Shown: piece after piece, positions 47,820 through 57,276 of the stretch
How positions within the stretch are numbered: the stretch's first letter is position 1
Layout: each line of letters begins with the position of its first letter
The notes under the pieces: generated by a model
What the model was told of the DNA's origin: nothing
The model's input: the letters and a program-made list of their open reading frames with translations, nothing else
The model's database searches: none
Made by a program: the position numbers and the translations under genes
Source of the DNA: Candidatus Lernaella stagnicola
Lineage (GTDB): Bacteria; Lernaellota; Lernaellaia; Lernaellales; Lernaellaceae
DNA length: 64,000 bases
Assembly: GCA_030765525.1 (NCBI GenBank)
Contig: JAVCCK010000020.1
Coordinates: 177,286-241,285, forward strand
Reading direction: 5' to 3'

Positions 47820-48662
47820 ATGTCACGCAAGAAATTCGATTTGTTTACACTGAAGAAATGCTATCAAGACGGCGAGAAAATCACCATGATCACCGCCTAC
47901 GACTTCCCGACCGCGAAACTCGTGGACGAAGGGGGCGTCGAAACCGTGCTCGTGGGCGATAGCGCCGCCAACGTTGTACTGGGCTACGACAGCACGGTGC
48001 CGGTGACGATGGACGAACTGCTCGTCCTGGTCAAAGCCGTGCGGCGCGGCCTTAAGCACGCCATGCTCATCGGCGATATGCCTTTTGGCAGCTACAACGA
48101 ATCCGACGAACAGGCCATTCGCAACGGCACGCGCTTTCTCAAAGAGGGCGGCTGCGACGCGGTCAAGCTCGAAGGCGGCGGCGTGATGGTCCCGCGCATC
48201 CGCAAAATGGTGCAGGCCGGGGTGCCCGTCGTCGGACACCTGGGTTTGACGCCGCAAACGGCGGGCATGATCGGCGGCTACCGCGTCCAGGGACGCACGG
48301 CGGAGCAGGCGGAAATCATCCTCAACGACGCCAAGGCCATCGCCGAAGCGGGCGCGTGGATGCTCGTGCTGGAACTCGTGCCCGACCGGCTCGCCAAGCT
48401 GATTACCGAGTCCATCGACATCCCGACCATCGGTATCGGCGCGGGCCCCGATTGCAGCGGGCAGGTGCTGGTGCTGCATGATATGCTTGGTATCAACGAG
48501 GGCTTCACGCCCAAATTCCTGAAGCACTACGCACAGCTTGCGCCGACGATTCGCGACGCGGTCTCGACCTACGTGCAAGAGGTCAAAAAAGGCGAGTTTC
48601 CCACGGCGGAGCACTCGTTTACGATCAAAAACGAAGAGTTGCAGAAACTATACGGCGGCTGA
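47820..48662 (+). CDS. panB: 3-methyl-2-oxobutanoate hydroxymethyltransferase
   Basis: ITMITAYDFPTAKL...VLVGDSAANVVLGYDST...IGDMPFGSY, full-length PanB pattern; GGAG RBS. Confidence 0.9.
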   Translation: MSRKKFDLFTLKKCYQDGEKITMITAYDFPTAKLVDEGGVETVLVGDSAANVVLGYDSTVPVTMDELLVLVKAVRRGLKHAMLIGDMPFGSYNESDEQAIRNGTRFLKEGGCDAVKLEGGGVMVPRIRKMVQAGVPVVGHLGLTPQTAGMIGGYRVQGRTAEQAEIILNDAKAIAEAGAWMLVLELVPDRLAKLITESIDIPTIGIGAGPDCSGQVLVLHDMLGINEGFTPKFLKHYAQLAPTIRDAVSTYVQEVKKGEFPTAEHSFTIKNEELQKLYGG

Positions 48663-48680
48663 GCCGCGGGGGAGGCGACG

Positions 48681-49370
48681 GTGGCGGTCAATTTCGTAAC
48701 GGACGTGGACGACCTGGTGGCAATCAAGCGCGTGCTGGTGAGCGTGTCGGACAAATCCGGCCTCGGTATGCTGGTGTCCCGGATGATGGAAACCTGTCCG
48801 GATATCCATTTCTACTCCACCGGCGGCACGTACGCGCGGCTGGCCGAGATTCTCGGCGACCTGGCCGCGACGCACTTGACTCAGGTGTCGGACTATACCG
48901 GTCAGCCCGAAACCCAGGGCGGTTTGGTCAAGACGCTGGATTTCAAAATCTACCTCGGCTTACTTACCGAAACCTACAACGAATACCACCGCGCTGACCG
49001 CGAGCGGACCAGCGCCGTGCCGATCGACATGGTGATCGTCAACCTCTACCCCTTCAGCCGGACCGTGGCTCGCGACGACGCGACGATCGAGATGGCGCGG
49101 GCCAACATCGATATCGGCGGCCCCTGCATGGTGCGCGCCTCCGCCAAGAATTTCCTGCGCGTCACTTCGGTCGTGAACCCCGGCGACTATGGAGTTTTGT
49201 TGGAGCAGTTGCGCACGCAGGAAGGCAAGCTCAATCTGCAACAACGTTATGACTACGCCCGCCGGGCCTTTGCCCACACCGCGGCCTACGATACGGCGAT
49301 TTCCGAATACCTGGCGGCCCACGACCCGTCGGTTGTCCCGGCCGTCTACACGCTCCACGAGCAAGACTGA
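48681..49370 (+). CDS. purH: IMP cyclohydrolase domain protein (PurH N-terminal domain as a separate ORF)
   Basis: RVLVSVSDKSGL...YSTGGTYARL...QVSDYTGQPE...MVIVNLYPF...IDIGGPCMVRASAKN matches the PurH IMPCH domain; ends with TGA 12 nt before the next ORF. Confidence 0.8.
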   Translation: MAVNFVTDVDDLVAIKRVLVSVSDKSGLGMLVSRMMETCPDIHFYSTGGTYARLAEILGDLAATHLTQVSDYTGQPETQGGLVKTLDFKIYLGLLTETYNEYHRADRERTSAVPIDMVIVNLYPFSRTVARDDATIEMARANIDIGGPCMVRASAKNFLRVTSVVNPGDYGVLLEQLRTQEGKLNLQQRYDYARRAFAHTAAYDTAISEYLAAHDPSVVPAVYTLHEQD

Positions 49371-49382
49371 GAGGAACGCGAC

Positions 49383-50636
49383 ATGGCCGACTTGAAGAAG
49401 ATGTATCGCACCATCGTCGGCGATCACTTCGCGCCGCGCATGGAAATTTCGTTTATCGATGCCGGCGGCGAGCGCACGACACTCAGTTATGAAAAGGTGA
49501 CGTGGACCATCGATGAGGAAGAAAAGGGCCTGCGTTACGGCGAGAATCCGGGACAGGAAGCCGCGCTCTACAAGCTGGTGGGCGGTAATCTTGCCATCGG
49601 CGAGGTCGAATTGATTCGGCCCGGCGCGGGCTTGGTGACCGGGGCGGACATGGTCAAATTCGGTAAGCACCCCGGCAAGATCAACCTCACCGATGCCGAC
49701 AATGCGCTGAATATCTTGCGCTTCCTCACCGAAAAGCCCGCCGCGGCGATCATGAAGCACAACAATCCGTCGGGCGTGGCTCAGGCGGAGTCCCTTGTCG
49801 AGGCGTACCTCAAAGCCGATCTGGCCGACCATGTTGCCGCCTTCGGCGGTTGCATCGCACTCAACCGCCCCGTCGACATCGACACTGCCACCGCGATTTC
49901 CGAGCGCTACGCCGAAGTCGTGATCGCGCCGGAATTCGAAGAAGGCGCCGTCGATATTCTGGCCGGGCGCAAGAACCTGCGCATCATGAAAATTGCCAAC
50001 ATCGAACGCCTGCAGAGTTACGCCGCCGAGCGCTTCCTCGACCTAAAATCCCTCGTCGACGGCGGCATCATCGCCCAGCTTTCCTACCTGCCGGTGCTTG
50101 GCCGGGACGCGCTGCAAATCGCCGAGACGACCTACAAGGGCGAGACGCATCGTGTCGAGCGTGAGCCGACCGAGGCCGAAATCAAAGACATGCTTTTCGG
50201 CTGGATCGTCGAGGCGGGCGTGACGTCCAACTCGGTGATTTACGTCAAGGACGGCGTCACCGTCGGCATCGGCACCGGCGAGCAAGACCGTGTCGGCGTG
50301 GCGCGTATCGCCCGCGACAAGGCTTACCGCAAGCTGAGCGAACGGTACGCTTTTGAACGCCACGAGCAGTCGCTTGATCTGCTGGCGGAAAAGGATCCCG
50401 ACGCCGCGGCGGCCATCGAGGCGGAAGTCACGCAGCAGCGCGGCGGCCTGCCGGGCAGCGTCATGGTTTCCGACGCCTTCTTCCCCTTCCGCGACGGCAT
50501 CGACGTCGGCCTGGGGGAGGGCGTGAAGGCGGTCATTCAGCCGGGCGGCTCGATCAAGGACTACCAATCGATTCAAGCCTGCAACGAAAACGGCGCAACG
50601 ATGGTCTTTACCGGCCAGCGCTCGTTCAGGCACTAG
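49383..50636 (+). CDS. purH: AICAR transformylase domain protein (PurH C-terminal domain as a separate ORF)
   Basis: LRYGENPGQEAALY...KHNNPSGVA...AFGGCIALN...VIAPEF...DAFFPFRDGIDV...VIQPGGSIKD...MVFTGQRSFRH matches the PurH AICARFT domain. Confidence 0.8.
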   Translation: MADLKKMYRTIVGDHFAPRMEISFIDAGGERTTLSYEKVTWTIDEEEKGLRYGENPGQEAALYKLVGGNLAIGEVELIRPGAGLVTGADMVKFGKHPGKINLTDADNALNILRFLTEKPAAAIMKHNNPSGVAQAESLVEAYLKADLADHVAAFGGCIALNRPVDIDTATAISERYAEVVIAPEFEEGAVDILAGRKNLRIMKIANIERLQSYAAERFLDLKSLVDGGIIAQLSYLPVLGRDALQIAETTYKGETHRVEREPTEAEIKDMLFGWIVEAGVTSNSVIYVKDGVTVGIGTGEQDRVGVARIARDKAYRKLSERYAFERHEQSLDLLAEKDPDAAAAIEAEVTQQRGGLPGSVMVSDAFFPFRDGIDVGLGEGVKAVIQPGGSIKDYQSIQACNENGATMVFTGQRSFRH

Positions 50637-50745
50637 CCGAAACCAAAACGCCACCAATTTGTAACGTTTGCGCGATGTGATATTGTGCAGGTCACGCCAT
50701 TGATGTGTCTTCCGCAGAGAAAAACTCGACTTAAGGAGAAGAGAT

Positions 50746-52722
50746 GTGAATGCACGTGGCTGGTTGTTCCTGATATTGGCGTCGCTGGTGTTTCTCGTCG
50801 CCTGCGGCTGCGAGGGTGATTCGTCCGGTGACGATGGAAATCGCCCGGTCGACGATGATGATGACAATAACGACAACGATGACAACAACGACAACGACGA
50901 TTCCACACCGCCATGTCCCTGTCTAATCGAAGGGAATTGTTACGGGGAGGGTGAACCCAATCCATACGAATCTTGCTTGATTTGCGATTCGACAACGAGT
51001 CCCGACGCTTGGACCCCGGCCGACGGCGCGCCGTGCGACGACGGCAACTTTTGTAACGGCGCCGACCTCTGCGCGAGCGGAACGTGCGGTGATCATGCGG
51101 GCAACCCCTGTTCCGACGACGGCCTGTGGTGCAATGGCGCCGAGTTATGCGACGAGAGCAATCACGCATGCCTGCAAGTGAGCGTGCCAAGCTGCCCCGA
51201 CGACGGCGTTTTCTGCAACGGGGCCGAGTTCTGCAACGACGACTTCGACGTTTGCGACCGCGGCGGCGACCCCTGCGCGGCCGCCGCCGAATGGTGCGAT
51301 GAGGAAAACGAGGCGTGTCTGGCGGTTTTCTGCCGCGCCACCGCTTTTGAATCAATCGAGACCTGCGGTCGAACGCTGGTGGATCTCGAAGGCCGGCCGC
51401 AAAACGTCGAAGAATTGACCACCTGGTGCGAAATTTCCGAAGCGATATTCGCCGCTAAGAACGAGCACGCTTCACCTTTCTGGAGTTGCTGGAGCGATTG
51501 CATTTTCGAAATGAATTGCAGCGCCGATTGTTTCGAGGCGTGCCTACATCCGGTCGATCCGGGCGGCGGCTGCGGCCACATCGCCCACGAGTTGTATGCC
51601 TGCGACGTTCGCTTCGAGTACCAGTTTTTGCAGCCTCAATACGTGCCGGAATTGGACGTGATCGAGACCTGTGATTGGCTCCAGGATGATCGTTATGCGT
51701 GTTTCGATGATTGCCTTTGGTCGTATCCGTGTGCCGGCGGCGGCGGACAATACAACTGGGAGCCCTATGACCTAACTTCCTGTGTGGATTGGTGTGAGCC
51801 CAAGCCGGCGGTTGTCTTTGACGGGCAAACCGGCGCTGCGGAAATTCCCCAAGGTTCCGTGGTCCAAGTGGATGACTTCCTCGTTTCTCTTTATTTCCGG
51901 TTCGACGGCGGTCTGCCGGAAAACGGCGACTCAACGGGGATCGCCGGCTGTTTGAATCTCGGAACCGACGCCGCGGACTCGCCGGCCGGCTGGGAGTACC
52001 GCGTCGTGCGCGACGATCAGTGGTGGGGCGAAACCTACTACCTGGTGTTCGCCATGGCGGATGCGAATTCGGGCGAAATCGTGGAATTGACGTCGGAGTG
52101 GGAAATCGAAGTCGGCGAATGGCACGCGGCGATGGCCGGTGAATTATGGGGCGATGATACGACGATCATGCGCGTGGACGGCGTGTTGGAAGCAACCGAA
52201 GACCGAGACACCCGGTTGACGATGGATGACACGCCGCTCTGGCTCGGTCGGTCGTCGGACGGCCAGGGCATTCCTTTCCACGGCGCGGTCGACGAAGTGC
52301 ACTTGGGCCACGGAATTGGTGTTATGTGGTCGGACCGCACCATTGCCTGGTGGCGGCTGGATGAAGGATTCGGCGGCCTAGTCCACGATCTGGGGGAGCA
52401 CGATTTCACGGGCCAACTTGTCGGTGGCTACGAATGGATAGAACGTCCGGCGCGACATACCCTGATTAGTTCCGCCCAGGGAAATCCGAGCGCGGAGTCG
52501 GTCGGTCGAAACGCACGAATCGCGGAAGAACTGCATTACGAAAACACCGGCGGCGCCAACGGTGGGTACTACACGGACGACTTGGACGATTTGCTCGCAT
52601 TTGACCGCAATCTCACCGACGACCCAAACGTGACTTTCTTGTTCGGCGAAGCGAATTGTTCGGGTTACACGTTCAATACGTCACACGTGAATGGAAACAT
52701 TACCTTCCATATGACCGACTGA
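50746..52722 (+). CDS. Lipoprotein with Myxococcus-type cysteine-rich repeats and a C-terminal LamG/concanavalin-like domain
   Basis: GTG start with AAGGAG RBS; lipobox (LVACGC); D/N linker; four or more repeats of C..DG.FCNGAE.C; C-terminal LamG-like region. Confidence 0.6.
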   Translation: MNARGWLFLILASLVFLVACGCEGDSSGDDGNRPVDDDDDNNDNDDNNDNDDSTPPCPCLIEGNCYGEGEPNPYESCLICDSTTSPDAWTPADGAPCDDGNFCNGADLCASGTCGDHAGNPCSDDGLWCNGAELCDESNHACLQVSVPSCPDDGVFCNGAEFCNDDFDVCDRGGDPCAAAAEWCDEENEACLAVFCRATAFESIETCGRTLVDLEGRPQNVEELTTWCEISEAIFAAKNEHASPFWSCWSDCIFEMNCSADCFEACLHPVDPGGGCGHIAHELYACDVRFEYQFLQPQYVPELDVIETCDWLQDDRYACFDDCLWSYPCAGGGGQYNWEPYDLTSCVDWCEPKPAVVFDGQTGAAEIPQGSVVQVDDFLVSLYFRFDGGLPENGDSTGIAGCLNLGTDAADSPAGWEYRVVRDDQWWGETYYLVFAMADANSGEIVELTSEWEIEVGEWHAAMAGELWGDDTTIMRVDGVLEATEDRDTRLTMDDTPLWLGRSSDGQGIPFHGAVDEVHLGHGIGVMWSDRTIAWWRLDEGFGGLVHDLGEHDFTGQLVGGYEWIERPARHTLISSAQGNPSAESVGRNARIAEELHYENTGGANGGYYTDDLDDLLAFDRNLTDDPNVTFLFGEANCSGYTFNTSHVNGNITFHMTD

Positions 52723-52828
52723 CTCGCCGCAAACGGCCGCATCGACATGCGACTCGCTTTGAATTTGTTTTCCGGAGGCGACGTGCTATCGTCATCCTAG
52801 CTTTTTCCCATTTTGAAAGGAGTTGCTA

Positions 52829-54376
52829 ATGCGCACTCGTTTTCTAGCGGCCGTGATTTTGGCCCTATTTCTGATTATTCCAGCGTGCGCCGACAGCGAC
52901 AACAATGATGATGCCAGCCCGAATGCCGGTGACGACGACATGGACGACGACACATCCGATGACGACACCTTCCTTCCCGATGACGACACTACCAACGACG
53001 ACGATGACGACGACAATGACGATAACGATAACAATGACAACAACGACACTTCACCCCCCTTGCCTGAGGGCATTTACGTAAGTACCGAGGGCGACGACGC
53101 CAATCCCGGCACGCCCGATCTACCAATGCGGACGATCGAGGCGGCCCTGTCGGTCGCCGAGGCAGCCGATGTGCCCGTGCGCGTCGCCGCAGGCGAGTAC
53201 CAGGCAAGCCTCGAAACCACCGTATCGATGTACGGCGGCTACAACCCCCACAACTGGAGGCGAAATATTGCCGCCAACGAAACGACAATCGTCGGGTTGT
53301 TCGGCGTCAGTCTGTATGTGTGGGGAGGTATCGAGACGGAAACGGTCGTGGATGGCTTCTCGATTTCGGCGACCGGTCCCGCCTCCGGAGCCGCGCAGAC
53401 CGTGTTCCTTGATGGCGGCAAAATCACCTTCTCGCACAACACCGTGACCGGCCACGACGCCGCGGTCGATGGTTACGCCAACGGCGTGTCCATAAATGGG
53501 GAAGGAGATTTCCACATTCTGCGCAACCGTATCAAGGGCGGCAATTCCAGCGGCGAGTTTGCCAAGTCGTTCGGTTTGTCCATCGCCAGCCACAACGGAC
53601 AGGTCAACGTCGAAGGCAATTCGATTTACGGCGGGCGGGCCGTCGATACAAGCGAAAGCGGGCTTTCGTGCGGCATCGGCGTCGAGGCCGTGAACAGCGA
53701 AGTGTTGATTCAACGCAACGTTATCGGCGCCGGTTACGCCCAGGGCCTCTACGCGGCGTTTACCGACGGCGTGGACATCGTCGACGGTGAGGTGACGCTG
53801 GTCAATAACATCATCACATCCGGCGCCGCGGGCGGTAGCCCCGTGACGATCGCTGCCGGCATCCACACGTACGCCACAGCGCCGCCGCCGCTCATGCTGC
53901 ACAACACGATTCATCCCGGCCTCGCCCTGTATGCTTTCGCGGTACAACTCGAAGGCGACGCGACGATGATCGGCAACGCCTTGCATATTGCGCCGGGGAT
54001 TTTCGCCTCGGTGTTCGCCACCCAAGCGTCGAGCGCCGGGCGGATCGTCATCATCGGCAACAACCTGCAATGCCTCGGCTGGACATGCGTGCTCGGCTCG
54101 GTCGGCACCGATATCCCGTTGATTACCGTGCGCGGCGTCAATGCCTGCGATTGGCCGGGTTGCCTGGAAGCCCACGACAACATTTCGGAAGCGTCCGCGT
54201 TTGCCGGGATGCTCGACTTCCATTTGACGGCCACCAGCGCCCTCATCGATGCGGGCGTCGATCCGACCGCATGGTACGACGGCGACCCGTTGTACGTTGA
54301 TATCGACGGCGAGGCGCGGCCCGTCGGCGAGGGTTGGGATATCGGCGCCGACGAAGCGCCCGTCGCGGTGTGGTGA
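52829..54376 (+). CDS. Lipoprotein with poly-Asp/Asn linker and right-handed parallel beta-helix domain
   Basis: ATG 52829 with AAAGGAG RBS; lipobox (IIPACA); ~50-residue D/N tract; IYVSTEGDDANPGTPDLPMRTIEAAL start typical of beta-helix (DUF1565/pectate-lyase-like) proteins. Confidence 0.55.
   Translation: MRTRFLAAVILALFLIIPACADSDNNDDASPNAGDDDMDDDTSDDDTFLPDDDTTNDDDDDDNDDNDNNDNNDTSPPLPEGIYVSTEGDDANPGTPDLPMRTIEAALSVAEAADVPVRVAAGEYQASLETTVSMYGGYNPHNWRRNIAANETTIVGLFGVSLYVWGGIETETVVDGFSISATGPASGAAQTVFLDGGKITFSHNTVTGHDAAVDGYANGVSINGEGDFHILRNRIKGGNSSGEFAKSFGLSIASHNGQVNVEGNSIYGGRAVDTSESGLSCGIGVEAVNSEVLIQRNVIGAGYAQGLYAAFTDGVDIVDGEVTLVNNIITSGAAGGSPVTIAAGIHTYATAPPPLMLHNTIHPGLALYAFAVQLEGDATMIGNALHIAPGIFASVFATQASSAGRIVIIGNNLQCLGWTCVLGSVGTDIPLITVRGVNACDWPGCLEAHDNISEASAFAGMLDFHLTATSALIDAGVDPTAWYDGDPLYVDIDGEARPVGEGWDIGADEAPVAVW
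52891..53050 (+). repeat. Imperfect trinucleotide tract encoding poly-Asp/Asn
   Basis: gacgac/gataac/aatgac codon runs. Confidence 0.75.
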
Positions 54377-54530
54377 CGGGAGAAAAACCAGCGGCTGTTT
54401 ACGGACGATCCGGCAAGTGGTACCCCTTTGGCAGCATGAGGGAAGGGGAGTCCATGCCGTTTCAGAACCAAATCGTCGAGCCAACGGAATCGCCCGCCGT
54501 GACCCGCGGAATCGTCGGGGGTTTACACTG

Positions 54531-55337
54531 ATGCCCGGCGCCGACTACCACGTGCACTCCTCTTTATGCGGCCACGCCCGCGGGAAAATCGATGCCTACG
54601 TCGAGCACGCGATTCGCGTGGGTCTGGACGAAATCGGTTTTTCCGAGCACCTCCCCATGGACGTGTGGGGCGAGCGCGATCCCTCGTTGACCATGGGCCT
54701 GGGCGACATGGACACGTACCTGGCGGAAGTGGCCCGCGTGCGCGACAAATACGCGGACCGTATCATCGTGCGGCTTGGCATCGAGGCGGATTTCCCTCCC
54801 GATCGACAAGATGCCGTTGCCGGGTTTTTGAGCCGCCATAAATTCGATTACGTCATCGGTTCGGTGCATTTCCTCGGCGACTGGGGCATCGACGACCCAC
54901 GCGAGTTGCACAAATGGGACGGCAGGGATGTCGACGAAGTGTATGAATCCTACTTCGAAGCCGTGCGGCGCGCCGTGCAGTCCGGCCTGTTCGACATACT
55001 GGGCCATGCCGATCTGGTCAAAAAGTTCGGCCACCGGCCGCGGGGCGATATTTCCCCGTGGTACGAGCGAATCGCCGAAGCGCTGGCGGCGCGGGAGATG
55101 GCCGTTGAATTGAACACCGCCGGTTTGCGGAAACCGGTCGGCGAGATGTATCCGCATCCGGATTTGCTCCGCGCGTGCCGCGTCCGGGACGTGCCGCTGG
55201 TCATCAGCAGCGACGCCCACGCGCCGGAGGAAGTCGGTCTGCAACGCGCCGATGCCGAGCACTTGGCAAGAGAAATCGGCTTTACGCATACCGTGGGTTA
55301 TGCAGCCCGTCGCGTCGTCACGAGCTTCGCGCTGTAG
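54531..55337 (+). CDS. Histidinol-phosphatase HisJ-family protein (PHP domain)
   Basis: DYHVHSSLCGHA...GFSEHLP...GSVHFL...ILGHADL...ISSDAH PHP-domain metal-binding motifs; start moved to ATG 54531. Confidence 0.75.
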   Translation: MPGADYHVHSSLCGHARGKIDAYVEHAIRVGLDEIGFSEHLPMDVWGERDPSLTMGLGDMDTYLAEVARVRDKYADRIIVRLGIEADFPPDRQDAVAGFLSRHKFDYVIGSVHFLGDWGIDDPRELHKWDGRDVDEVYESYFEAVRRAVQSGLFDILGHADLVKKFGHRPRGDISPWYERIAEALAAREMAVELNTAGLRKPVGEMYPHPDLLRACRVRDVPLVISSDAHAPEEVGLQRADAEHLAREIGFTHTVGYAARRVVTSFAL

Positions 55338-55406
55338 CGGCAACCGAGAAGGCTTTATCCTTGGTCGCATCGCTGGCATAATCGACGCGACCCACACCGT
55401 CGAACA

Positions 55407-56102
55407 ATGAGGTACGGCATGCCGCAGGCTGTCCAGCGAAGTGAGCCCCGCATCAACTTCCGTTTGTCCGTTTTTTTTGGGGAAAGCGAACCGGATTTGA
55501 TCGGTCACGTCAAAAACATTTCGCTCTACGGCGCGGCGATTTCCTGCGCGAATCTCGTGACACCCAAAACGCGGTTGAACATGCGACTCGAGACCGATCG
55601 CGGCCCCATGAAGATGGTCGGCGAAGTTCGTTGGAGCCGGCGTTTCTCGCTGCAATTTTCCTTCGTCGATGACTGCGAGATGGGCGTGCACTTCGTCGAA
55701 TCGGACCCACGCTATCCGAACTATTTTTCCGATCTGTCCGAGCAGCACGTCGAACTGCGCGCCGAGCCGCGTTTCGACAAGGTGTTCATCGTCACCATCG
55801 ACAACGGAACCGAATTGCAGACGCTCAATATCAGCCGCAGCGGCATGTACGTGATGACCGCCAACTCACCGGCCTGCGGCTCGATTGTCCAAGTGCGGCT
55901 CGTGCTCCCCAACCTCAATATCACCGTCGGCATCGAAGGCGAAGTACAACACACCGTCGATGTCAGCGAGGCGTACGACCGGGGCTTGAAACCCGGTTTC
56001 GGACTCAAGTTCCTTCGCTTTCTCACCGAAACCGAAGCGCAGTTTCATGAATACGTCGATTGGTTGGCGGGGGCTCCGATTCGCGATGAAACGCCGTCGT
56101 AA
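55407..56102 (+). CDS. Tandem PilZ-domain protein
   Basis: RINFRL...GHVKNISLYGAAI and FDKVFIVTIDNG...LNISRSGMYV resemble two PilZ c-di-GMP-binding domains. Confidence 0.55.
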   Translation: MRYGMPQAVQRSEPRINFRLSVFFGESEPDLIGHVKNISLYGAAISCANLVTPKTRLNMRLETDRGPMKMVGEVRWSRRFSLQFSFVDDCEMGVHFVESDPRYPNYFSDLSEQHVELRAEPRFDKVFIVTIDNGTELQTLNISRSGMYVMTANSPACGSIVQVRLVLPNLNITVGIEGEVQHTVDVSEAYDRGLKPGFGLKFLRFLTETEAQFHEYVDWLAGAPIRDETPS

Positions 56103-56121
56103 ACGCAACTAGCCGCGGGCG

Positions 56122-57276
56122 ATGATTACTTTCAAACCGATGCGAAGCCGTTGTCGACCCCTCCGTGTGTTCTGGTGGCTCGCAGTGTGGGCCATTCCCA
56201 TTCTATGCACTTGCGCCTGCTCTCCGGAAAGGGAGGAATCCATCGTGCGAGATCGCTTGACCGTCGTGACGTACAACATGTGGCACGGACTCAACCCGAC
56301 CGGACTCATCATGTTCGAGGAGCAGGAAACGACTGCCGATCGCGATCGCCGCATGCGGGGTTTCTACCACCACGTACGCGCGTTGAATCCCGACATCATC
56401 TTTCTGCAGGAAGTGAACCCGGCGCCGGGCCTGAGCCGCCGACTTGCCGCCGATCTCGGGTATGACCACACCTTCATCGTCGATAACGCGGGCGTAAAAA
56501 TCGGCGCGTTCGGGCCACCGTTCAATTTCCGCAGCGGCCAGGCCATCCTCGCCAAGCCCGATCTCCATTTGCAGGCGCTGGGCGGGACGAAGCTGTCGGG
56601 AAAATTCGGTTGGGCGGCGTGGCACAGCTCGCTGCAGTTCAGCGAGTTCCGCGACGCGGTCGCCGCGGCGGTAACCGTCAACCAGCGCCGCGTCTTGCTC
56701 ATGGGGCTGCACGCGCACCACGGCCCCGAGGCAGACCGGGAGATCCAGGAAGGGCTCGACGAGTTGGAAGCCGCGGGCGTTATCGATAGTGCTCGCCGGC
56801 AGGAAATTCTCTCCAAGTTTGCGCAAGCCTCAGTGCGACGGCGCGGGGAGTTGGAGAAAGCGCTTGCCTTTGCCTCGCGCATCGGCATGGATCGCGGCCC
56901 TGTTTTGTTCGCCGGCGACTTCAACGCGTCGCCCGACAGCCCGGAGTTGATGTGGCTCAAAAACGAGCAGCAATTTGCCTCCGTCACCGCTGATGAAGAT
57001 CCCGCTTCGCTGTTGATCACCTGGGATCACCGCCGCAATCTCAACACGCACTACTTCCATGATTTCGTCCCGGTTCACATCTTCGAGCCGGACGTCATGC
57101 GCGTGCTCAATCCACTGGTGGTGACGGGCAGTAAGCGAATCGATTACGTGTTCCATCGCGGTTTCGGCGAGTCATACCGGGTAGTCGAGGCCGGCCTATT
57201 CGGCGAAGAACTTTTCGAGGGACACTACGCATCCGACCACTTCGGCGTGTACGCGGTTTTCCATATCGAGGATTAA
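56122..57276 (+). CDS. Endonuclease/exonuclease/phosphatase (EEP) family protein, secreted
   Basis: LTVVTYNMWHG...IIFLQEV...FAGDFNASP...SDHFGVYAVF; signal peptide from M7 (ATG 56140 is an alternative start). Confidence 0.7.
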   Translation: MITFKPMRSRCRPLRVFWWLAVWAIPILCTCACSPEREESIVRDRLTVVTYNMWHGLNPTGLIMFEEQETTADRDRRMRGFYHHVRALNPDIIFLQEVNPAPGLSRRLAADLGYDHTFIVDNAGVKIGAFGPPFNFRSGQAILAKPDLHLQALGGTKLSGKFGWAAWHSSLQFSEFRDAVAAAVTVNQRRVLLMGLHAHHGPEADREIQEGLDELEAAGVIDSARRQEILSKFAQASVRRRGELEKALAFASRIGMDRGPVLFAGDFNASPDSPELMWLKNEQQFASVTADEDPASLLITWDHRRNLNTHYFHDFVPVHIFEPDVMRVLNPLVVTGSKRIDYVFHRGFGESYRVVEAGLFGEELFEGHYASDHFGVYAVFHIED

